A stretch of 64,000 nucleotides of DNA from Prevotella sp. GTDB taxonomy: Bacteria; Bacteroidota; Bacteroidia; Bacteroidales; Bacteroidaceae. Under the pieces are notes generated by a model that saw only the letters and a list, made by a program, of their open reading frames with translations, did not search any database and was not told the DNA's origin. Location of the stretch: contig JAGCPK010000112.1 of assembly GCA_017965725.1 (NCBI GenBank), forward strand, positions 5,673 to 69,672, written 5' to 3'. The translations under genes were made by a program, and so were the position numbers. Shown here piece by piece: positions 51,799 through 61,015 of this stretch (positions within the stretch are counted from its first letter, which is position 1; every line of letters begins with the position of its first letter).

Positions 51799-52239
51799 AT
51801 GAAAGCAACTGAACAGACCTTCCAGCAGATAGAACGTTCTATCCGCAAAATCAGCGAGAAGTTCCCCACTTCCGACGAAGCCACGCAGATGACAGACATC
51901 CATATCCGCGTGACTCAGGAGTCAGGAGAACTGATGGCATTCGACGACGACGACAACGAACTAAACAGGTGCGTCGTGGAGCAGTGGATAGACAACAAGG
52001 ATGATGATTTCTACGAGGAGATCACCTCTGTGCTGCGCAAATGTCTGGAGAAACAGAAGGAACTGATAGAACAGATGTCTATCCTCAAGCCCTACTCTTT
52101 CGTGTTGGAAGACGACGACAAGGAATCCATCGCAGAACTCTATGTCGTTGATGACAATATCGTCATCATCGACCCCAACCTGATGGAAGGCCTTGACAAA
52201 GACCTCGACGATTTTCTGGACAAACTGTTGGCAGACTAA
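51799..52239 (+). CDS. Acidic hypothetical protein
   Basis: Downstream of -7 box at 51767. Confidence 0.8.
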   Translation: MKATEQTFQQIERSIRKISEKFPTSDEATQMTDIHIRVTQESGELMAFDDDDNELNRCVVEQWIDNKDDDFYEEITSVLRKCLEKQKELIEQMSILKPYSFVLEDDDKESIAELYVVDDNIVIIDPNLMEGLDKDLDDFLDKLLAD

Positions 52240-52901
52240 AACAGCGGTTTCTCCTCATAATCTATCTCATCATCCTCCTCGAAATGACGGGAAGGATCGA
52301 TATGATAGACACGCTGCACCTCTGCTTTGTATTTTCCTGAATAGTCCGTCAGACGGATCTCATAGTCACTGGTGACTACGAAGTCCTGTATCAACTGGTC
52401 CTCAGGATCAGCGAGGGCGTTCTCCTTTTCATCCTCTTTGCTAGTGGCATAGAGACATATTTTATCCACAGGCATATACTCCTCGTCGAGCGAGTAGAGC
52501 CAGAGGGAATAGAGGTTGTCGCCCTCATCGGCAGCAAGGATCATCAGTCTTGCACCTGCCGACTCTGGCAGTGAGATGGCCTTGGGTTCCATCCTTCCCT
52601 CAAGCCCCATATACGAGGCGAGTTCCGCAGGCACCACCTTATAGCCGGGCAGGAACTTCACATAATCCTCCGAATAGCGGATGGGTAATGGCTGGATACC
52701 CAAACTATCGTAGAACAACTGCACAGGACTGACCTCCCTGTCGAGATTGATACCCTGCGCCTTCAACTTCTCGATTTTCTCCAGTTGGGCGATACTGTCG
52801 AGTTTATGCTGCATCTGCTCAGGCGAGAGACGGTTGTTCCTACACGACGTTAATGCCAGTGCCATCAGCACAGCAACAAAGAAAAGACTCTTCCTCATCA
52901 T
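52236..52901 (-). CDS. Hypothetical lipoprotein
   Basis: Lipobox LTSC. Confidence 0.8.
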   Translation of the reverse strand: MMRKSLFFVAVLMALALTSCRNNRLSPEQMQHKLDSIAQLEKIEKLKAQGINLDREVSPVQLFYDSLGIQPLPIRYSEDYVKFLPGYKVVPAELASYMGLEGRMEPKAISLPESAGARLMILAADEGDNLYSLWLYSLDEEYMPVDKICLYATSKEDEKENALADPEDQLIQDFVVTSDYEIRLTDYSGKYKAEVQRVYHIDPSRHFEEDDEIDYEEKPLF

Positions 52902-54379
52902 AGTTTGATACTCTTTTTCACGATCTTACTCTCATTCTGCAGACGGTTGAGGGCTGTCACCACATACGTGTATTTCTGACTGCCGTTGGCGTACGGCAAC
53001 TTATAGTAGGTGTTAGTAGTGATGGCGACAATCTTTGCGGGATCATTGATATCCACCTTCTCGTCAGCAGCGAAACGATACACCACATACTTCACCGCCT
53101 TGTCTCTCCAGTCCTTCCCCTTTGGAGCCGTCCAGAACAGCACATAGTCACCGCTGGTCCATATCGGTTTCATCTTGCTCACCTTCTTCGGGGCCTTGTC
53201 ACTGATAAACGGCATCGAGGGCTGCAAGGCAGGATAGCGCCAATAGTTGTTTCTGAGCATGGTGCCATACTGTCCCACATTATCTACAGCAGCCTTGGCA
53301 TACCAGAGCACCGTACCTTTCACGGCAGGTAACTGCTGATGCAGGCGCATCTTCGCAGCCTGTTGGTGGGTATTGGGATTCTTAGGATCAGCATATTTCA
53401 CCGTACGCTCCACATCCTCACCAATAATCAGTGGACGCCCCGAGGCATACTGGTTCCACCAACGGATGAGTGTCTCATAGTCAGCCGCCTTGTTGCCGAT
53501 CTCCCAATAGATCTGAGGCACGTTATAGTCAAGCCAGCCATTGTTCACCCACAACAGGATGTCGGCATACAGGTCATCGTAGTTCTGCGTACCGTTGGTG
53601 TCGCTGCCTATCGACGAACTCTTCTTGTTACGATAGATACCGAAGGGCGAGATACCCACTTTCACCCAGGGCTTCGTGGCGTGGATGGTCTTATAGAACT
53701 GTTCGATAAACAGGTTCACGTTGTAGCGGCGCCAGTCGTTAATATCCCTGATACCATTGTTATACACACGGAACTGGTCTGCATCAGGGATGGTCTCTCC
53801 CTTCACGGGATAGGGATAGAAGTAGTCGTCCATGTGGATGCCATCGACGTCATAGCGACTCACGATGTCCTTCGCCACCTCACAGATATAGTCGCGGTTC
53901 TGGGGCAAGCCCGGATTCAGGATAAACAGGTCGTCGTAGGAGAAGCAACTCAAGGGCTCCCTGACAGCGATATGATTCGAGGCCAACTGTTTCGTGGTCT
54001 TTGTCCTCGCACGGAAGGGGTTGATCCAGGCGTGCAGTTCCATACCCCGCTTATGACACTCGTCAATCATCCACTGCAGGGGGTCCCAATACGGACTCGG
54101 TGCCTGTCCCTGTTTGCCTGTCAGGAAACGACTCCAGGGTTCCAGTTTACTCTCGTAGAGCGCATCGCACTCTGGACGCACCTGGAAGATGATGACGTTG
54201 ACGCCATCCTTCATCAACTCGTCGAGTTGGTATGACAGCGTCTGTTGCATCTTTTCCGTACCCATGCCCTGGAACTGTCCGTTCACGCACTGTATCCATG
54301 CCCCACGCATCTCCCGTTTCTGGGCTTCTGCAGCCACTGTCATTATCAGGGCCAACAAAACCAATATAATCTTTTTCAT
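52898..54379 (-). CDS. GHL10/DUF187 (YddW-like) glycoside hydrolase
   Basis: EMRGAW, FQVRP, LHAWINP, DGIHMDDYFYPY, PQIYW. Confidence 0.92.
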   Translation of the reverse strand: MKKIILVLLALIMTVAAEAQKREMRGAWIQCVNGQFQGMGTEKMQQTLSYQLDELMKDGVNVIIFQVRPECDALYESKLEPWSRFLTGKQGQAPSPYWDPLQWMIDECHKRGMELHAWINPFRARTKTTKQLASNHIAVREPLSCFSYDDLFILNPGLPQNRDYICEVAKDIVSRYDVDGIHMDDYFYPYPVKGETIPDADQFRVYNNGIRDINDWRRYNVNLFIEQFYKTIHATKPWVKVGISPFGIYRNKKSSSIGSDTNGTQNYDDLYADILLWVNNGWLDYNVPQIYWEIGNKAADYETLIRWWNQYASGRPLIIGEDVERTVKYADPKNPNTHQQAAKMRLHQQLPAVKGTVLWYAKAAVDNVGQYGTMLRNNYWRYPALQPSMPFISDKAPKKVSKMKPIWTSGDYVLFWTAPKGKDWRDKAVKYVVYRFAADEKVDINDPAKIVAITTNTYYKLPYANGSQKYTYVVTALNRLQNESKIVKKSIKL

Positions 54380-54380
54380 C

Positions 54381-55013
54381 CTATTCTTTATTTAGATATT
54401 CGTAGATTTCTTCACTCCAGTCTTCACCGTTGATAGGCATCATAGTGTGGATGCCGAGAGTGGCAGCAGCCTCCACGTTACGTGGTCCGTCGTCGAGGAA
54501 GAGGGTCTCGTCGGGATTGATCTGCTCTGCCTCCAGCACTTTTTGGAAAAACGCCACATCGGGCTTCATCAACTTCAGTTTATAACTCAGATAGCAGGCG
54601 TCCATATAGTCCTCCACAGGATGTCCCTCACCGTCGAAGTCAGGACTGCTCACCCACTCCATCATATAGGGATTGGTGTTCGAGAGCAGGATCAACCGGT
54701 AACCCTCGCTACGCAGTTTCCTCAGAATCTGTTTGTTGCGCTCTGGCAGTTCCTTGGCGTAACCCTGCCATCCATAACAGCATTCCTCGTGACTCACCTC
54801 ACGCCCTATCAGTTCGGAGAGGCTATGTCTGAACTCCTCAGCAGTGATTAATCCATGCTCTAGGTCTCCGAAGATGCCGTGCTGTGTATAACTGTCGAGA
54901 CGTTGGGCGGCATCCTTCACGCCTATCTCCTCGAAACGGCGTACAGCCTGCATCGGGTCTAACGTCAGGATCACACCTCCTAAGTCAAAGATGATATTCT
55001 TTATTTTTCCCAT
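54381..55013 (-). CDS. HAD-family hydrolase (YihX-like)
   Basis: FDLGGV, LSNTN, KPD, FLDD. Confidence 0.9.
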   Translation of the reverse strand: MGKIKNIIFDLGGVILTLDPMQAVRRFEEIGVKDAAQRLDSYTQHGIFGDLEHGLITAEEFRHSLSELIGREVSHEECCYGWQGYAKELPERNKQILRKLRSEGYRLILLSNTNPYMMEWVSSPDFDGEGHPVEDYMDACYLSYKLKLMKPDVAFFQKVLEAEQINPDETLFLDDGPRNVEAAATLGIHTMMPINGEDWSEEIYEYLNKE

Positions 55014-57784
55014 AAGTTCGGTTTGTTTCTTCTGGCTTCCTCCAACGAGAGCAGTTGTTGCTGTTCCTGCTGGTAGGCCTCGCGAAGATGTTCATATTTT
55101 TCATCAAGTTCACGCTCCACAGCATCTTCCTCCGTCAACAGTTTGGCGGCTATGAGGGCATTCTGCGAGGCATCTTTCATCCACACCACAGGACCGCCAT
55201 ACACGGGGGCGATCTTCAGGGCCACATGGAGTTCACTCGTCGTGGCACCTCCTATCATGATAGGTATCTGCAGGCCTGCCCGCTTCAGTTCCTCCGCCAC
55301 GTTGACCATCTCTTCAAGACTGGGTGTGATCAGTCCACTCAGGCCAATCATATCAACCTGTTCCTCCTTCGCCTTGCGCACAATCTGTTCTGCCGGCACC
55401 ATCACCCCCATGTCGATGACTTCGTAGCCGTTGCAGGCCATCACCACACTGACGATATTCTTGCCGATGTCGTGGACATCGCCTTTAACGGTAGCCAACA
55501 GCACCTTTCCTGCACTCTTGCCACCTTCTGTCTTCTCGGCTTCGATATAGGGTTGCAGGATGCCCACCGCCTGTTTCATCGTACGAGCAGTCTTCACCAC
55601 TTGTGGCAGAAACATCTTTCCTTCTCCAAAGAGTTTACCAACAGTGTTCATACCCGCCATCAACGGTCCCTCGATGATATCCACTGCATGGGGATACTTC
55701 TCCAGAGCCTCCTTGAGGTCTTCTTCCAGATGGTCGCCAATACCTTTGATTAATGCCTGAGAGAGTCGTTCCTCGACGAGTAGTGAAGTCCTTGGTTCAC
55801 CAGATGCCCCAGGATCACCAGAGCCCTTAGAATCTCTAAGAAGGTTAGGATCTTTTGAAGAGTTCGCTTCCGCTGTGGCGAGTTCACCAGCCAATTCAAT
55901 CAATCGCTCCGACGCATTGGTTTTACGGTTCAGCACCACATCTTCGATGATTTCAAGTTGCGCCTCAGGGATGTCGGCGTAAGTAACTTTCGTCGAAGGA
56001 TTTACGATACCGAAGTCCATTCCAGCCTTGATGGCGTGGTAGAGGAACACGGCATGCATGGCCTCACGAATATAGTTGTTGCCTCGAAAGGAGAAACTCA
56101 GGTTACTCACACCGCCACTGACATGCGCGTCAGTCAGGTTATCCCGTATCCATGCCGTCGCACGGATGAAGTCGGCAGCATAAGCATCATGCTCCTCCAT
56201 ACCTGTGGCGATGGCGAGGATATTCGGGTCGAAGATAATGTCCAGCGGATTCATACCCACCCGTTCCGTCAGTATCTTATAGGCCCGTTGGGCTATCTCA
56301 ATCCTACGTTCGTAGGTGGTGGCCTGTCCTTCCTCGTCGAAACACATCACCACGACAGCAGCGCCATAGCGCATCACGTCCTGGGCGTGCTCAATGAACT
56401 TCGCCTCACCCTCCTTCAGAGAGATCGAGTTGACGATGCTCTTGCCCTGTACGCATTTCAGTCCCGTCCGTATCACCTCCCAATCGGAAGAGTCGATCAT
56501 CACGGGCACCTTGGCGATATCGGGCTCAGCAGCAATCATATTGAGGAAGGTTTGCATCTCTGCCTTGGCATCGAGCAACCCGTCGTCCATATTGATATCT
56601 ATCACGAGGGCACCGTCCTCCACCTGTTTACGGGCGATGGCAACGGCCTCGTCGTAGTTTTTCTCCTTGATCAGTCGCAGAAACTTCCGCGAGCCAGCCA
56701 CGTTACAGCGCTCACCCACATTCACAAACTGCACCTCTGGGGTGACGTCGAGCACTTCGAGACCTGAGAGCCACATCGTCTGGGACTTCAGAGCCGGCAC
56801 ATGGGGCTTCTTGCCTTTCACAATCGGCCCATAGGCACGGATAAACGCATCCGTCGTACCGCAACAGCCACCGATGATGTTCACCAGTTGCTCATCCACG
56901 ATCTCCGCCATCTTAGGCGCCATCGTCTCTGCTGTCTCGTCGTAGAGCCCCAGGGCATTGGGCAAGCCTGCATTTGGATAGCAACTGATATAATAAGGTG
57001 CTTTCCGAGCCAGTTCACGTAGATAAGGTTTCATCTGCGTGGCACCAAACGAGCAGTTCAGGCCGATGGAGAAGATGGGATAGGTGCTGACGCTGGCTAA
57101 GAACGCCTCCAACGTCTGTCCTGAGAGCGTGCGTCCTGCCAGGTCGCTGATGGTGACGCTGAGCATGATGGGCAACACCACCCCTCGCTGCTGCATCACC
57201 CGCATCGAGGCGTCGATACAACATTTCGCATTCAACGAGTCGAAGATGGTCTCTATCAGCAGGGCATCCACCCCACCCTCCATCAGACCATCCACCTGTT
57301 CCATATAGGCCTCCAACAGTTCGTCGTAGGTGATCTCCCTCGCAGCAGGATTGCTCACGTCGGGCGACATCGAGAGGGTCTTGTTTGTCGGCCCGATGGA
57401 GCCAGCCACGAAACGTGGCTTTTCCGCCGCCGAGAACTTATCTGCCTCCCTACGGGCGATCCTCGCCCCTTCGAGTGCCATCTCCCTGGCATAATCCTGC
57501 AACTGGTAGTCGGCCTCACTGATACGCTGGCTGCTGAAGGTATTTGTCTCGATGATGTCGGCACCTGCCTCGAGGTAACGACGGTGAATGTCGGCAATCA
57601 CGTCAGGACGCGTCAGATTGAGCACGTCGTTGTTGCCCTTCATCTGACCCTCAAACGCACCAAAGCGTTCACCACGGAAATCGGCTTCAGACAAGTTGTA
57701 GGTCTGAATCATCGTTCCCATCGCCCCGTCGAGCACCAGAATCCGTTCCTTTATGATCTCGCTAAGCCCGTTTTTCACTATCAC
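55001..57784 (-). CDS. metH: B12-dependent methionine synthase lacking the C-terminal AdoMet reactivation domain
   Basis: LDGAMGT, GGCCGT, pterin domain, DVHDIGKN; ends at 927 aa. Confidence 0.93.
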   Translation of the reverse strand: MIVKNGLSEIIKERILVLDGAMGTMIQTYNLSEADFRGERFGAFEGQMKGNNDVLNLTRPDVIADIHRRYLEAGADIIETNTFSSQRISEADYQLQDYAREMALEGARIARREADKFSAAEKPRFVAGSIGPTNKTLSMSPDVSNPAAREITYDELLEAYMEQVDGLMEGGVDALLIETIFDSLNAKCCIDASMRVMQQRGVVLPIMLSVTISDLAGRTLSGQTLEAFLASVSTYPIFSIGLNCSFGATQMKPYLRELARKAPYYISCYPNAGLPNALGLYDETAETMAPKMAEIVDEQLVNIIGGCCGTTDAFIRAYGPIVKGKKPHVPALKSQTMWLSGLEVLDVTPEVQFVNVGERCNVAGSRKFLRLIKEKNYDEAVAIARKQVEDGALVIDINMDDGLLDAKAEMQTFLNMIAAEPDIAKVPVMIDSSDWEVIRTGLKCVQGKSIVNSISLKEGEAKFIEHAQDVMRYGAAVVVMCFDEEGQATTYERRIEIAQRAYKILTERVGMNPLDIIFDPNILAIATGMEEHDAYAADFIRATAWIRDNLTDAHVSGGVSNLSFSFRGNNYIREAMHAVFLYHAIKAGMDFGIVNPSTKVTYADIPEAQLEIIEDVVLNRKTNASERLIELAGELATAEANSSKDPNLLRDSKGSGDPGASGEPRTSLLVEERLSQALIKGIGDHLEEDLKEALEKYPHAVDIIEGPLMAGMNTVGKLFGEGKMFLPQVVKTARTMKQAVGILQPYIEAEKTEGGKSAGKVLLATVKGDVHDIGKNIVSVVMACNGYEVIDMGVMVPAEQIVRKAKEEQVDMIGLSGLITPSLEEMVNVAEELKRAGLQIPIMIGGATTSELHVALKIAPVYGGPVVWMKDASQNALIAAKLLTEEDAVERELDEKYEHLREAYQQEQQQLLSLEEARRNKPNLWEK

Positions 57785-57787
57785 TCA

Positions 57788-58270
57788 TCACTTATAAACC
57801 TTCATTGCCCTGTCCATCTCGCGTCGGTCTTCCTTCTCTTTCAGCGTCTGACGTTTGTCAAATTCTTTCTTGCCTTTACAGAGGGCGATATCCATCTTCG
57901 CCCGCCCTTTCTCGTCGATAAACACGAGGAGCGGCACGATGGTGTAACCCGTCTGTTTCGTGGCACTCTCCAACTGTCTGATCTCGCGCTTTGTCAACAG
58001 GAGTTTCCTGTCGCGCTTCATCACGTGGTTGTTGTACGAGCCGTAGAAATAAGGACTCACGCTCATCCCTTTTACCCACAGTTCGCCATTGATCACAGTG
58101 CAATAGGTATCCACCAGGCTCGCCTTTCCCTGACGGATGCTCTTGATCTCCGTCCCTGTCAGCACGATGCCTGCTGTGAAGGTCTCGATGAAGAAATACT
58201 CAAACGAGGCCTTTTTGTTCTTGATCTGAACCGGGCTTTTTTTCCTTAGCAGTTCCTGTTCCTTGTTCAT
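57788..58270 (-). CDS. smpB: SsrA-binding protein
   Basis: [25 protein letters not shown]. Confidence 0.96.
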   Translation of the reverse strand: MNKEQELLRKKSPVQIKNKKASFEYFFIETFTAGIVLTGTEIKSIRQGKASLVDTYCTVINGELWVKGMSVSPYFYGSYNNHVMKRDRKLLLTKREIRQLESATKQTGYTIVPLLVFIDEKGRAKMDIALCKGKKEFDKRQTLKEKEDRREMDRAMKVYK

Positions 58271-59061
58271 AAGCCGCCTCCACCGACATAGGAAATGCTA
58301 TTCGACCTGTTCCATTGTTGGCGGATATATGCCTTGGCGTCTTCGGGGTCAACCTGCAGGTTCTGGAAACGATCGTTGCCACGACTGTAGTTGCCATACA
58401 CCACCACATAGTGGCCATGTCCATACACCACCTGGTGCAGGTTGAATCCTTTGGCAAACACCTCTGACTTCACCCTGTCCATCATCTCCGGAACCGATTT
58501 CGACCAGAAATAGCCCTGCGTGGTGTATTTGTTGGTACGGCTCATCACCACCGTCCACGCCTCACCGTCGAAAACCAGGTCAGTGATGTAATAACCGCTG
58601 GCTTTGTTCTCCCTGATCCACGGAGCCAGTTCCGACCAGTCGTTGCGCCACACGCGCTGACTGGAGATATCCGAGCCTTGCGACATCACCATAAACCAGT
58701 TCTTCTCACTTTTCGAGATGGTCGTGATAACATAGTTACTCTGGGTCTTCTCAGCGATCCACTCCTCAGGCCACTCCTGGGTCAGCGAGAATGCCTGATG
58801 GATGTATTCGGTGTTCTTGGCCATAACCAACAGCCACCCCTCTCTAGTATAGGCAGCCGAGATGATACGCTTACCAAGGTTCCAGTTGTTGGCGATGTCA
58901 TCCTCGTCGATGGGTGCTCCCCATCCATAGGAAAACCACGCCTGTTCTGTATAGGGGCTGCCCGACTCTGATATCAGCAGGGTTCTGTCCTGTGCAGTTA
59001 CCACTGTGCTGCATAACAGCAAGAAAGTGCTCAACAATGTCAGTCTCAGATGATTTCTCAT
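58267..59061 (-). CDS. Exported protein of ~48-aa W-x-x-VM(S/A) repeats
   Basis: Signal peptide; repeats ..WLLVMA, ..WFMVMS, ..WTVVMS, ..YVVVYG. Confidence 0.75.
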   Translation of the reverse strand: MRNHLRLTLLSTFLLLCSTVVTAQDRTLLISESGSPYTEQAWFSYGWGAPIDEDDIANNWNLGKRIISAAYTREGWLLVMAKNTEYIHQAFSLTQEWPEEWIAEKTQSNYVITTISKSEKNWFMVMSQGSDISSQRVWRNDWSELAPWIRENKASGYYITDLVFDGEAWTVVMSRTNKYTTQGYFWSKSVPEMMDRVKSEVFAKGFNLHQVVYGHGHYVVVYGNYSRGNDRFQNLQVDPEDAKAYIRQQWNRSNSISYVGGGGL

Positions 59062-59091
59062 ATCTTCTTTTCTTTTAGATAACAGATTATT

Positions 59092-59601
59092 TTATTCATT
59101 CTCAATGGTCGCAAAGCGCTCCAGGTTGTCGTCGATATAGTGGGCGATGTCGTCCGTCCACTCCTCCTCGTTCTCAATGAACGTATCGTCGAGGTCGTCG
59201 AACTCAGGATATTTCTCGAAGAGCGCCATAAACTCCTCGTCGCTACATTCCTTCTCTATCTCCTCACGGTGCTTCAGCCAGAGGGTGTGGGCTTCGTAGA
59301 TCAACTTCGACAGGTCACGCATACCCCATAGTTTCACCGCTTTGGCAAAGGGATTCTTAAAGATAAACTCCCCCAGCCCATTGTGTATCAGTTGCACGAA
59401 GCCGCCGTCCATCAACTCCTCGTGGAGCATGTCCCATGCCAGCAGCGTGATCTGATCGGCATTCAATTCCGGCATGTTCTCTGCTGTCAGTTCCCCGCCA
59501 ATAGCCTCACGGATAGCATCGACAAACACCTGTACGAAGGCGTCCATCCCCTCCATCGCTGCCTGCTGCAACCGAGCGTCTTTTACAATTACTTCTTTCA
59601 T
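59092..59601 (-). CDS. DUF4375/DMP19-like acidic protein
   Basis: ELMDGGFVQL, FDDLDD; -7 box at 59610-59617. Confidence 0.85.
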   Translation of the reverse strand: MKEVIVKDARLQQAAMEGMDAFVQVFVDAIREAIGGELTAENMPELNADQITLLAWDMLHEELMDGGFVQLIHNGLGEFIFKNPFAKAVKLWGMRDLSKLIYEAHTLWLKHREEIEKECSDEEFMALFEKYPEFDDLDDTFIENEEEWTDDIAHYIDDNLERFATIENE

Positions 59602-59860
59602 AACGAGTGCAAAGGTACAAAAAAAAGAGCAAATAACCATATTTTTTTGAGTTTTTTCGCAGAAAAAGTTACTCATCGAGCCAGTTCTCGCAGAGATTGC
59701 GAAGATTCTCTATAGCCACGTGAGAAGGGATGTTCCCGTCCGCCGTGTGATAACTGGTCTTTGTTAAGTTTCTATATACTTAACAAGTTGTTAATAAGAC
59801 AGCAAGATTCTTTAGGGGATAAAAGTAATAAAAATATTCGAAACCAAAAAGGCAGGAGAA

Positions 59861-60283
59861 AAGTTATAAGTTATAAGTTATTCACTTTGGACATTAAGGT
59901 TTTTGACTATGATTTATGTAGAGGATAGGATGTAGTAAGAATAGTAATTATAAATATTATATATTATAAATATATCTTAATATATTTATAATATTCTTTA
60001 TTGAGGTTAATTGGTAAACAGAAAACGTTAATGTCTAAAGTTATAAGTGAATAAGTTTATAAGTCCCCGAGGTGGGGAAAACGGTGCTCGCACTCAGGGC
60101 ATGCTCCCCCACCCTGTAGAAACCACACCCGCGTTCAGGGGATGAAAACCACAACCTGTAGTAAGCATCCTCGCGTTCAGGAGAGGGAAACCCCACTCCA
60201 GGGAAAGCGTCCTCACACTCAGGAGAAGAAAACCCCACCCTGGGGAAAGCGTCCCCGCACTCAGGGCATAAAAATACGCCCCT
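59861..60283. repeat. Composite element copy 2: inverted repeat (59878-59903 / 60022-60054) around an AT-rich core, then about five 42-bp units
   Basis: CAGG at 60095, 60136, 60178, 60220, 60262; homologous to 4731-5145. Confidence 0.9.
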
Positions 60284-60319
60284 TAACAGTTAAAAGCGTT
60301 TGAAATGGACTCTATGAAC

Positions 60320-60349
60320 AACAAAGCCCGCAAATCTGCAGGCTTTGTT
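60320..60349 (-). terminator. Terminator of the VOC gene
   Basis: aacaaagcccgca/tgcaggctttgtt. Confidence 0.75.
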
Positions 60350-60732
60350 CATATCGTTATCTCGATTAAGTTGTCTTCAATGCCTTTGATACAACTCTCA
60401 TAGAAGCCATCGCCCGTAGCACGTGGTTCACATTCCACATGATAGCCTTCTGTGGAAAACCGCTCTGTCAGGTCATCCACCTTTTCCTTACTACCAACCG
60501 AAATAGAGAGATGGGCATAACCCGTTCGGTTGGGTTTCTTTTTGTCGTCAGACATGACGGGCCTATTCATCAACTCCAATTTTGAACCGTCATCGAAAGT
60601 CACGAAATAAGAACTGAAACCGGTCAAAGGGTTGCGATACCTGTCACTCGACTTTGCCTCAAAATATCTTACGAAGAAATCCCTTGCTGCTTCAAGGTTT
60701 TTGACGTACATTGCAATATGATTTATCCTCAT
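60349..60732 (-). CDS. VOC/glyoxalase family protein
   Basis: INHIAMYV, KLELM, GYAHLS, TGDGFYES, IEI. Confidence 0.9.
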   Translation of the reverse strand: MRINHIAMYVKNLEAARDFFVRYFEAKSSDRYRNPLTGFSSYFVTFDDGSKLELMNRPVMSDDKKKPNRTGYAHLSISVGSKEKVDDLTERFSTEGYHVECEPRATGDGFYESCIKGIEDNLIEITI

Positions 60733-61015
60733 TTCAATTTAATTTGATTCTATTGGCAAAGATAATCAAAATTATGTGATTATGCGCCTTTTGACATCAA
60801 AAATTAAGATAGTTTATGAATAACAGGAGCATCACACCGTGTAACACTTAAATGTCTTAGCCTCTTATTCATGACAAGTGACCTGGAACAACACTTGTTT
60901 TTTTAAATTTTAATATAGAAAAACTGTGTTTTTCATTTTTTTTTTGTATCTTTGCACCCGAATAGTGTATTTACGCTACTTAATCGACAATTAACAATAA
61001 AAAATAAAAACCATT

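Noticed and set aside
59670-59760. Possible riboswitch or ncRNA upstream of the DUF4375-smpB-metH genes
   Set aside because: No recognisable cobalamin or SAM motifs, and it lies upstream of the -7 box
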